This document shows positions 7,555-14,952 of a stretch of 14,952 bases of DNA, piece by piece; the first letter of the stretch is position 1, and every line of letters begins with the position of its first letter. The translations under genes and the position numbers were made by a program. The stretch spans positions 1 to 14,952 of the forward strand of contig JBKPAK010000101.1 of the NCBI GenBank assembly GCA_046726415.1, written 5' to 3'. The notes under the pieces are model-generated. The model did no database searches. It was not told where the DNA came from and worked only from the letters and a program-made list of their open reading frames with translations. Source of the stretch: Candidatus Methylomirabilota bacterium (GTDB taxonomy: Bacteria; Methylomirabilota; Methylomirabilia; Rokubacteriales; CSP1-6).

Positions 7555-8725
7555 CATCCACGCCTGGCCGGGACGTTCAGGTGCCCACGTCCGTCAATCG
7601 CACCCTGGAGCAGATTCTGCGCTCCATTGATCAGGGCGCGGACAAAGGAGAGCTCGTCCCGCGCATCATCGAGCAGCTCGTCCAGACGAGTCCGGTGGAG
7701 AAGAGGGCGGCCGGAGGGACCACCAACTTCTTCGGAGGGCCGTCGAGCGGGCCGAGGCAGACATGGACGAACCAGATCGCCAATCAGGTGGTGGAGCCCC
7801 TCCAGCTCTTCTACCCGCGCTCACTCCATGACTCGACGGACAAGCAGTCCATTGCGGCCATACTCTCGCGGGCGCTGGCCACGGGCTGCGCGGTGAAGGG
7901 CGCGGGCTCGGGGCACTCCTACTCCGATGTGGCCACGACGCCGGACTTCCTCATCAACACCCATGGCTTCTGCCGCGTCGCCAGCGAGCCATCGCCCATT
8001 GCGGGCCAGCTCTCGCCCTCGGCGCTGCGCAGCCCGCTGCCGCTCTCGCTGGGACCCCTGTCCTGGCCAACCTACGACCCGGAGAACAACCACGCCCTCA
8101 TCGAGATGGAAGCCGGCACACCATCCACGATCTGAACAAGACGCTGGAGCAGCGCGACCTGGGCCTCATGAACATGGGAGGCTATGACGGGCAGACCATC
8201 ATCGGTGCGACGTCCACGTCGACGCACGGCTCGGGCATCACCTTGCTTCCCTGACATGGTCTGCTCCCTGGTGCTCGCGACGACCGGGCGCTGGAATGGC
8301 CCGACCACCGGAGGCAAGGAGCCCACCGACGGCGTCTACTTCTATCGCATCGAGCCGAAGAACGGCATCACCGACCCGGCGAAGTACAAGGATCCCCTCG
8401 TCCAGCTCATCCAGGATGATGACTGCTTCTACTCGGCCATCTGTAGCATGGGCTGCTTCGGGGTCATCTACTCCGTGGTGTTCGAGGTGATGCAGATGTA
8501 CTGGCTGGAGGAGACTCGCATGGAGACCACGCTCGACAAGCTGATGAGCGATCTCCGCCCGGATACGAGCACTCCTGGCCATTTCCCGAAGGTGCTCCAG
8601 AATACGCGCAACTACGAGGTCATCATCCATCCCTATCCCATGAAGGATGGAAGGGTGATCGACATGGATCCGGGCGCGCCTCCAGAGACCTACTATCCCT
8701 ACTTCTCGTGCCTGGTCACGCAGCG
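7555..8725 (+). pseudogene. FAD-linked oxidase (VAO/PCMH fold; aldonolactone oxidase-like), frameshifted and truncated
   Basis: WTN...P.S, GAGSGHSYS (covalent-FAD His motif) and EAGT/TIHDLNKTLEQRDLGLMNMGGYDGQTIIGATSTSTHGSG, then SMGCFGVIYSV. Frameshifts near 8120 and 8245. No C-terminal domain. Ends are approximate. Confidence 0.85.
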
Positions 8726-8927
8726 GCACTCGGACTTGCAAACGGTCGGACGCGATGCAAGCGACCAACTTTATCTCATCGCCGAGCATCGTCGAGATCA
8801 AGGCAGTCCGAGACCCCGAGTATTGGTGGTGGACAGACGCGGAGGCGACGAAGGTCTTGGTGGTACTCGGCGCCCGTCTTGGGGCAGCGTTCTACACTTT
8901 GTGCTGGATCGGTACACGGTTCCCTGG

Positions 8928-9608
8928 TCATGAGCGGGCTCGCAAGTCGCGTGGGGCAACCGCGATGGAGCCGCCATCGGCGCTGGGCACGCGTAGCGTC
9001 TTGACCGCGTTGGCAATGTCCCGGCTGAGCGCGGCCAGGGCGCGGCTCATTGCGGCGACGAGAGCTGGATATCCGGACTCTCCCGTCGTCTCGGTCAGCG
9101 CCGAGTATTGAAGCGCGAGTTCCTTCTTCTCGCGCCCAAGGACCCGCCAGCGCGCTTCGAGCAGCACGGTGCCTCCCAGGCTCCCATCAAAGCGAATCAC
9201 ATCGATTGCGACATGGTGTTCGATGCTGGTGGCGCTGGGCCACGGGAAGACGACGATGCGGTCGCTCCCGAGCAGCGTCGCCAGATTGTCCGCGATTGCC
9301 CGGGGCACCCCTTCGCTCAGCGGCTCGCCCCACTGGGCGAACTCGGCGACCTCCAGCTCCGTGCCACGGCGTGTCACGATGCTGATCCGCTCAAGATAGC
9401 CGGGCAGCGTGACGGGTCCGATGCCGAGCGCGGATCCGTGGTTCGGCTCCGTCGACAGCATCGCCGCGGTCGAACGGGGGACCACGGCCAGCACGTAGAA
9501 GCGGGTCGGAGCGCTCCGGCCGAGGCATCCGCCGGCGAGCGCCAGTGCGATCAGGAACGCAAGCGGGAGAAGCCCCCTGATCGGCCGTCGGCGGGCCCGC
9601 ATTGTCAT
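8928..9608 (-). CDS. PqiC-type ABC transport auxiliary lipoprotein
   Basis: Basic and hydrophobic signal with lipobox LAGGC. Motifs: TRFYVL, GIGPVTLPGYLER, QWGEPL, RFDG...LEARW and LVAAMSRAL. Last gene of the MCE operon. Confidence 0.9.
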   Translation of the reverse strand: MTMRARRRPIRGLLPLAFLIALALAGGCLGRSAPTRFYVLAVVPRSTAAMLSTEPNHGSALGIGPVTLPGYLERISIVTRRGTELEVAEFAQWGEPLSEGVPRAIADNLATLLGSDRIVVFPWPSATSIEHHVAIDVIRFDGSLGGTVLLEARWRVLGREKKELALQYSALTETTGESGYPALVAAMSRALAALSRDIANAVKTLRVPSADGGSIAVAPRDLRARS

Positions 9609-9612
9609 TGTC

Positions 9613-10761
9613 TCATCGCTCGCTCTGCGTCCGCTGCTTGCCCGTGAGCACGCTCTCAGGGTGCCGTTCGAGATAGTCGGTCAACGCCTGGAGCGATTGG
9701 GCAGCGCCGGCCACCCCCTTCAGGGCCTGTTTCAGCTGGTAACCTAGGGGCGAGTCTCCGGCGAGGGCGCTATCTGCGTTCCGGAGGGTGCTATCCGCGT
9801 CCCGGAGGGTGGTGTCAGCTATCTCGAGGGTGCCGCGGAGTTGATCGGAGACCTCTTGGAGCTTGACCGCGAGCGCCGTGATCTCCGGCGTGATCTGGGC
9901 GAGCGTCTTCTGCAGGTCGCCACCGAGGTCCTTGACGGTTCCCCTGGCCATGTCGGACGTCTCGGTGAGCGACGCCATCAGCCGGCTCGTTTCCGCCTGC
10001 AGGTCGGACGCGAGGCGGTCCAGTCGCTGGGTGATATCCACGAGCGACGCCCGAGCCGTGTCAGAGGTTCCCCTGAGCGACGTGATGAGCGGCCCGACCT
10101 CCTTGTCGAGCCGTCGCAGCAACGTCTGGGCGTCGGCGACGAGCGGCCCGACCGACTCCAGCACTCTCGCGAGCTCCGGAGACTGAAGCAGCCGGGCGCT
10201 GCCCTCCAGAGTGTCATAGGCGTGTTTCGGCAGGTTGGTCAGCGGCACCTTCTGCAGACCCATCTCGAGCTGCGCAATGATGTTCGGGATCGTGGGGATC
10301 TCGAGCGCCCCTTGGTCGAAGCGTCCGAGCGATGCGGGGGTGTCTGGACGCAAGACGAGGTTCACGTAGAGCTGGCCGGTCAGCAGGCTCTGCATCGCAA
10401 GCTGGGCGCGCAGTCCCTGCTCGATCGCCTCCTTCATGGCGCGTCGCATCTGGTCGGCGCCGGTGGGGTTTTCTGGCGTGAGGAACGGGCCCCGCTCGAG
10501 CGTGGCGGCGACCGCGATCCGCGGGGACCCAACCACACTGTGGATCTTCGTCACCTGACCGAGCCGTATCCCGCGGTAGGCGACCGGGGCGCCGACGGCC
10601 AGACCGTTCACGCTGTCGTCAAAGAACATCACGACCGGGAACTTCCGCCCGAACAGCTTGCCGGATGCGCCGAAGACGAAAATGCCGGCGATCGCCAGCC
10701 CGACCGCTCCGGCCACGAAGGCGCCAATGACCGCCGGGTGCGCCCTCACCCGCCTGCTCAT
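9613..10761 (-). CDS. MlaD/MCE-domain protein with long helical C-terminus (PqiB-like tail)
   Basis: N-terminal TM helix, then F..SVNGLAVGAPVAYRGIRLGQV, GLRAQL..QSLLTGQLYV and EIPTIP. Coiled-coil region and C-terminal YLERHPESVLTGK. Confidence 0.92.
   Translation of the reverse strand: MSRRVRAHPAVIGAFVAGAVGLAIAGIFVFGASGKLFGRKFPVVMFFDDSVNGLAVGAPVAYRGIRLGQVTKIHSVVGSPRIAVAATLERGPFLTPENPTGADQMRRAMKEAIEQGLRAQLAMQSLLTGQLYVNLVLRPDTPASLGRFDQGALEIPTIPNIIAQLEMGLQKVPLTNLPKHAYDTLEGSARLLQSPELARVLESVGPLVADAQTLLRRLDKEVGPLITSLRGTSDTARASLVDITQRLDRLASDLQAETSRLMASLTETSDMARGTVKDLGGDLQKTLAQITPEITALAVKLQEVSDQLRGTLEIADTTLRDADSTLRNADSALAGDSPLGYQLKQALKGVAGAAQSLQALTDYLERHPESVLTGKQRTQSER
9769..9831. repeat. In-frame 21-bp tandem repeat (2 close copies plus 1 degenerate) within the MCE gene
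   Basis: GCTATCTGCGTTCCGGAGGGT / GCTATCCGCGTCCCGGAGGGT / GGTGTCAGCTATCTCGAGGGT, encoding TLEIADT-TLRDADS-TLRNADS. Confidence 0.75.
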
Positions 10762-10780
10762 TGCGCACCGCCTGCCTGCG

Positions 10781-11569
10781 TCATCGGGGAATGGGTTCTC
10801 GCGTGAGGAACGCCTTGACCCTGGGATTTGGCGGATCCGCCAGCAGGGACTTCGGGTCCCCGTGGGCGGTCATCGTCTTCGTTTCCGAATCGAGGAACAC
10901 CGCGTTGTCTCCGATCGCCTGGATGCTCGCCAGGTCGTGGGTGACGACGACCACCGTCGTGCCGAGGGCGTCGCGGATGTCCAGGATGAGATCATCGAGG
11001 AGACGAGCGCTGATGGGATCGAGTCCGGTGGATGGCTCGTCGAGGAACAAGATCTCCGGATCGAGGGCCAGCGCGCGGGCCAGGGCGGCGCGCTTTTCCA
11101 TGCCTCCGCTGACCTCGGAGGGATAGAAGTCCTCGAAGCCCGCGAGACCGACAAGGGCGAGCTTGAGAGTGGCTGCATCACGGATCTCTCGGTCGCCCAG
11201 ATCCGTGAACTCCTCCAGCAACAGCGCCACGTTCTCCGACAAGGTCAGGGAGCTCCAGAGCGCGTTGCTCTGATACACGACGCCCACTCGCCGCATCATT
11301 TCCTCCCTTTCCTCCGGGTCGGCCGTCCAGAAGCTGTGCCCGTCGTAGAGGACATCGCCGCGAGCCGGCGCTTTGAGCCCGATCAGGTGCCGCAAGAGCG
11401 TGCTCTTGCCGGAGCCGCTGCCGCCCATGACGATGAAGATCTCCGCCGGCCGGACCATGAAGCGCAAGTTCCTCTGGATCACGAATCCGCCGTACGCCAT
11501 GTCGAGGTCGATCACCTCGATCCGCGGCGGCGCATCCGGAGTGGAGGGCACGGGGGAGGGAGAGGCCAC
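10781..11569 (-). CDS. ABC transporter ATP-binding protein, MlaF/Mkl type
   Basis: Walker A GGSGSGKST, Q-loop VYQ, signature VSGGMEKR, Walker B ILFLDEP and H-loop VTHD. Sits between MlaE- and MlaD-type genes. Confidence 0.94.
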   Translation of the reverse strand: MASPSPVPSTPDAPPRIEVIDLDMAYGGFVIQRNLRFMVRPAEIFIVMGGSGSGKSTLLRHLIGLKAPARGDVLYDGHSFWTADPEEREEMMRRVGVVYQSNALWSSLTLSENVALLLEEFTDLGDREIRDAATLKLALVGLAGFEDFYPSEVSGGMEKRAALARALALDPEILFLDEPSTGLDPISARLLDDLILDIRDALGTTVVVVTHDLASIQAIGDNAVFLDSETKTMTAHGDPKSLLADPPNPRVKAFLTREPIPR

Positions 11570-11576
11570 GGCGGGC

Positions 11577-12746
11577 TCAGAGACGGAGCACGTGGAAGAT
11601 GACGCTCAGGAGTCCGTCCGCGATAATGACGAGGACGATCGACGTGACTACCGCCGACGTCGCCGCCAGCCCCACCGCGGAGGCGCTCCGCCCACTCTGC
11701 ATCCCGCGGAGGCAGCCGACCATAGCGATCAGAACGCCGAACACTGAGGCCCTGACGATCCCCATGCCGAAGTCGCTGATCGTGACCACATGGACCAGCC
11801 GGTCCACATACGCGGTGACCGAGAGGTCAAGTAGGGTGATGGCGACGAGGCCCCCGCCCACCATGCCGAACAGATCCGCGTAGACGGTCAGCAGCGGTGT
11901 CATCAGGACGAGCGCCAACACCCGGGGCAGGACGAGAAACTGCACGGGGGAGATGCCCGCCGTGCTCAGGGCGTCAATCTCCTCATTCACCTGCATCGAG
12001 CCGAGCTGTGCGGCGAAGGCCGCCCCTGTCCTCCCTGCCAGCAGGATCGCCACTATCAACGCGCCGACCTCCTGGGCCACGGAGGTTCCCACGACGTCCG
12101 CCACGTAGATCTGCACACCGAGCTGCTGGAGCTGGAGCGCCCCCCCGAAAGCCAGGATGATCCCGATCAAGGTACCGATCAGCGTCATGATGGGAAGGGC
12201 GCGGACTCCCACCTCCTCGACCAGCAGCGCGAACTGAAACCAACGGATCCGTACCCGGCCGGTGACAACGCCGGCGACGGCGGCACACACTTCACCGGTG
12301 AAGGCGAGGACCTCCATCGCTCCCGCGCCGGCCGCGAAGACGGACGCGCTCGTTCGCCCGAGCCACGGCGGGCCCGCCGGCTCCGGCGTCGTCCGAACCG
12401 GGACGGCTGACGCGAGCGACAGCAGCCGCTCGACGTCCGTGGGCAGGCCGCTCCGGTCGACGTCGAATTCGGCTTTCGCGCTCTCCTCGAACAGATTTCT
12501 GAGGAACGTCAGCAGGCCGGTGTCCCATGCCCTCAGCTGGGTGGTGTCGAGGCTGAGGCGCCGCACGCCCCGGATCGATCGCAGCTTCTCCACGACTTCG
12601 GAAGCGCGTGGGAGGTGGTCGCGCAGCCGCCAGCTTCCGGCGAGGCGGACGAGATAGGTGTCCGGGCCCAGAGGATCAACGCTTATCTCCCACGGCCGAG
12701 GCTGTGCTGGCGCGGTCGCCGCGCTCGTCGAGTTCGGCACGGTCAT
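11577..12746 (-). CDS. MlaE-family permease with N-terminal STAS-like domain
   Basis: Motifs EVGALIVAILLAGRTGAAFAAQLGSMQVNEEIDAL, FLVLPRVLAL and VGLAATSAVV. The N-terminus VRLAGSW...WDTGLL is STAS-like. Confidence 0.93.
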   Translation of the reverse strand: MTVPNSTSAATAPAQPRPWEISVDPLGPDTYLVRLAGSWRLRDHLPRASEVVEKLRSIRGVRRLSLDTTQLRAWDTGLLTFLRNLFEESAKAEFDVDRSGLPTDVERLLSLASAVPVRTTPEPAGPPWLGRTSASVFAAGAGAMEVLAFTGEVCAAVAGVVTGRVRIRWFQFALLVEEVGVRALPIMTLIGTLIGIILAFGGALQLQQLGVQIYVADVVGTSVAQEVGALIVAILLAGRTGAAFAAQLGSMQVNEEIDALSTAGISPVQFLVLPRVLALVLMTPLLTVYADLFGMVGGGLVAITLLDLSVTAYVDRLVHVVTISDFGMGIVRASVFGVLIAMVGCLRGMQSGRSASAVGLAATSAVVTSIVLVIIADGLLSVIFHVLRL

Positions 12747-13107
12747 GTGGCGCCGCTGATCCGCGAGAGCCGCGAGTCCATCAAGGCTGGTTGCAGGGGA
12801 CGAATTCTATACTAGCGCCGGAGCGCCAACAGCCACCCGTTACCGCGTCCCGGTAATCCGTGAGGAGGGCGCGGACTGCCTGGGGCTCTTGATCTGTGTG
12901 GCCAGCGACTCTGCGGTATAGGAGACCTGGTACAGGTACCGTGGCATATCGGTCCTCTTTTATTCAGCCGAGACTCCGGATGTCGACTGTGTTCCAGCCC
13001 GTAGCGGGCATCCCCCCACCTGCCCGGTCCATCGGTCATCCGGTCCGAGGATCTGCTGAGGCTAGCGCGGGGTCAAGTGGATTCCTAGGCTGGCGCCTAG
13101 TCGTCCA

Positions 13108-13240
13108 GCGCTGGCCCAAGAACGCTTCGCCCAGAACCGGCAGTTCGCGGCTCGGAAATCAAGCAGCCCTCGTTGCTCCAGGGCCTGTTGAGCTGTCAGC
13201 TGTGTGGATACGCGCTCTACCGGTCACTCGACACGCACCA
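13108..13240 (+). pseudogene. Large serine recombinase fragment (start of zinc-ribbon domain)
   Basis: ALAQERFAQNRQFAAR / IKQPSLLQGLLSCQLCGYALYR / STRT across frameshifts matches the LSR pattern 'AQERL..N......LLQGLL.C..CG'. Confidence 0.7.
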
Positions 13241-13465
13241 CCCGCCGTCGGCTTACCTCCGCGACCAGGTCGGCGACGTGCTGTGTGAGGTCCTTACCAA
13301 GGAACTGGCTCGCATTCGCGCGGGGATGGCTCTCCCACCCAGGGTCAAAGACAGGGACGGGAACCTCAGTTTTGGCCTGATCCTCTCGGACCTGGCGGGC
13401 AAATATCGGCGAACACGCGGCTATGCTGAAGCAAGCGGGCGGCAGATAGATGCCAGGTTCAGTGG

Positions 13466-13991
13466 GAGATGTCCCAGTCGCTGTTGAACTTGAGAGCTGA
13501 GTAGCGGCTCGAGCATCATACCCTTCGGTGACAGCATTGCGCGGATATCGACACAGCGACCCTCCTCGAAGGTCTGAGCTCAGGGTGGCCCTCGCCGTGT
13601 CGCCAGATCTGGCCGGAAGGCTCACGCGATGCGCCCCGTGGCGATGCCGGCGTGGAGGGCCGTCGTGAGCGCGACGCGGTCACTATGGTTCTTGATCCAC
13701 CGGAAGCGCTCGGCCGCCCGAAGCAGGCCCAGGCCGAGCCACCGCCGCCGCCTGTCGCCGTCGCGCCAGCGCTTGACGTGGTGAGCCACGTGGCGCAGAG
13801 TCCCGATCAGGTTCTCGATGCAGTTCGTCGTCGCGAAGAAGCGGCGCAGGCGCGGGGGCAGGTTCAACTTCAGCACCGTAAGGGTCTCCTCGAGGCCCTC
13901 CCGCAGGCTCGCCGCGGCGCCGGCGTGGCCGTTCGTATCCAGCCATGTGGCCAGCGCTAGCAGCTGCCGGCGCGCCGCTGCCGCACTGGCC
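13466..13991 (-). mobile_element. Right-hand part of an IS256-family element: transposase C-terminus (13622-13991) and terminal IR
   Basis: AAASLREGLEETLTVLKL.LP..LRRFFATTNCIENL (third DDE residue)...VKRWRDG...RW.GLGLL.A..RF. Terminal GAGATGTCCCAGTCGCTGTTGAACTT at 13466-13491 resembles ends of this IS256 subgroup. Confidence 0.85.
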
Positions 13992-14390
13992 GATGTCCTC
14001 GCCTGTCCCCGCTGTGGCGGCCGGCTGCGGGTCATCGCCACCGTGCAGGACTCCGCGGTCGTGCGCACCATCCTCGTCCACCTCGGCCGCGCGCACTCCA
14101 CGCAGCCGCCTGGCCCCGCCCCGCCCGCCCCCGCCGCCATCGTGTAGCCCTCCCGCACTGATCGGTCGCCGCCCCCCACCGCGACCCCACGGTCGCTCCT
14201 TGACTGGGCGCCCCGGCGCGAGCCGCATCCTTGGCAGCCAGAGGGCGATCGCCGGCCAAACGTGTGACGTTCTCCCTCACTGGGCGGGTGCCGGAGGGAG
14301 AGGGGGCTTGGCCAGGGGGCCCAGGACGGATGGCCGCCCCCCGCGCGCGGGACCGACAGCGGAGAGAGGGCCTTTGTCCTGACTATGCGC
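13992..14390 (+). mobile_element. 3' end of an IS91/ISCR-family rolling-circle element: transposase tail (to 14147) and oriIS-like end
   Basis: DVLACPRCGGRLRVIATVQDSAVVRTILVHLG...PPGPAPP is the characteristic IS91/ISCR C-terminus. GCCTTTGTCCTGACTATGCGC (14370-14390) resembles the ISCR oriIS end and lies about 220 bp after the stop. Confidence 0.8.
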
Positions 14391-14683
14391 TGCAATGCCG
14401 GACGGCGTGATCGCCGTCGTCGGTCAGCCAGATCGTGTCGTCGGGGGCCATGTGGACGCCGTGGGCCCGGCGGAACACCCCCTCGCCCCCAGGAGCGGGG
14501 GAAGTTGCCGTCGCGGCGAAGACCACCACGGGATGCTGGCCGCGATTGAACGCGTACACCCGCTCCTGCCTGTCGACCCCGACGGCAGCCAGGTCGGCGT
14601 TGAACTCGCGCTCCGGGCGGCAGCTTGGCCCACCCGTCGACGACCTCGTACCGGTACTTGCCCGTGCCCAGGATAACCGCCAT
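14391..14683 (-). pseudogene. NHL-repeat (peptidylglycine lyase-like beta-propeller) protein, frameshifted and 3'-truncated
   Basis: MAVILGTGKYRYEVVDGWAKLP / EFNADLAAVGVDRQERVYAFNRGQHPVVVF / RDGNFPRSWG / EGVFRRAHGVHMAPDDTIWLTDDGDHAVRHC. GGGAG RBS. Three frameshifts. Confidence 0.85.
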
Positions 14684-14718
14684 GGCGCGTGCTCCCTTCG
14701 CGGTGGTGACGTGCCGCG

Positions 14719-14830
14719 ATTATAGGGCGGGCGCGAGCCCGTTGGCGGCCCGCCCTCCGCGCGGCGCGACGGAAATCCAGCGTCCACACCCGAGATCAGG
14801 AATGATGCACGCCCGCGGTCGGGGCATAAT
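14719..14830. promoter_or_regulatory. Probable divergent promoter region
   Basis: TATAAT on the minus strand (14719-14724) precedes the NHL gene. CATAAT on the plus strand (14825-14830) precedes the ATG at 14859. No convincing -35 boxes. Confidence 0.4.
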
Positions 14831-14858
14831 GCGCGCATGCTCGCGAGGGGGCCGCACC

Positions 14859-14952
14859 ATGGATGAGATGAAGGCCGTGAATCTCGGTGAGGTCATGCAC
14901 GCCATTCTGGGCTCCGGCCGGCCCAACCGAGTGCTCTGGCAGGCGCCCGACA
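14859..14952 (+). CDS. 5' end of a gene running off the window; possibly a cupin of the 3-hydroxyanthranilate dioxygenase type
   Basis: GAGGGG RBS then MDEMKAVNLGEVMHAILGSGRPNRVLWQAPD. The product guess rests on only 31 residues. Confidence 0.45.
   Translation, partial: MDEMKAVNLGEVMHAILGSGRPNRVLWQAPD

Noticed and set aside
7296..8135. 279-aa ORF as an intact gene
   Set aside because: The first ~85 aa are antisense to MscS. The rest is the first frame of the oxidase pseudogene.
9841..11602. 321-aa and 314-aa plus-strand ORFs
   Set aside because: Antisense shadows of the MCE and ABC ATPase genes.
13085..13100. Small palindrome CTAGGC-TGGC-GCCTAG before the recombinase fragment
   Set aside because: Only a 6-bp stem with no partner site, so it cannot be distinguished from chance.
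13622..14683. 353-aa ORF that looks like an NHL-transposase fusion
   Set aside because: Chance read-through. Only the first ~23 aa (NHL) and last ~120 aa (IS256) are real. The middle is off-frame NHL and antisense IS91 DNA.
1..14952. CRISPR array, tRNA or rRNA
   Set aside because: No regularly spaced repeat-spacer units and no recognisable RNA gene signatures seen by eye.

Overview
High-GC bacterial accessory region in which three intact blocks sit among many decayed fragments. The intact blocks are: (i) an alpha/beta-hydrolase plus the start of an MDR/quinone oxidoreductase (minus strand, 1-998); (ii) a coupled glycogenin-like GT8 glycosyltransferase and GH13 alpha-glucosidase (3628-6163); (iii) a four-gene MCE/Mla-type ABC operon: STAS-MlaE permease, MlaF-type ATPase, long MlaD/MCE protein and PqiC-type lipoprotein (minus, 8928-12746). 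The decayed material includes an integron integrase pseudogene with an attI-like repeat block at its 3' side, two IS256-family tails, an IS91/ISCR tail whose oriIS-like end coincides with the truncation of an NHL-repeat gene, and a large serine recombinase fragment. There are also fragments of an adenylate cyclase/AAA protein, MscS and an FAD-linked lactone oxidase. A diverged 388-bp-period duplication upstream of the hydrolase preserves an ECF-sigma-like promoter, an RBS and an SDR-like start. The gene styles resemble Candidatus Rokubacteria/Methylomirabilota (inference only). All family calls come from motif recognition by eye; no searches were run.
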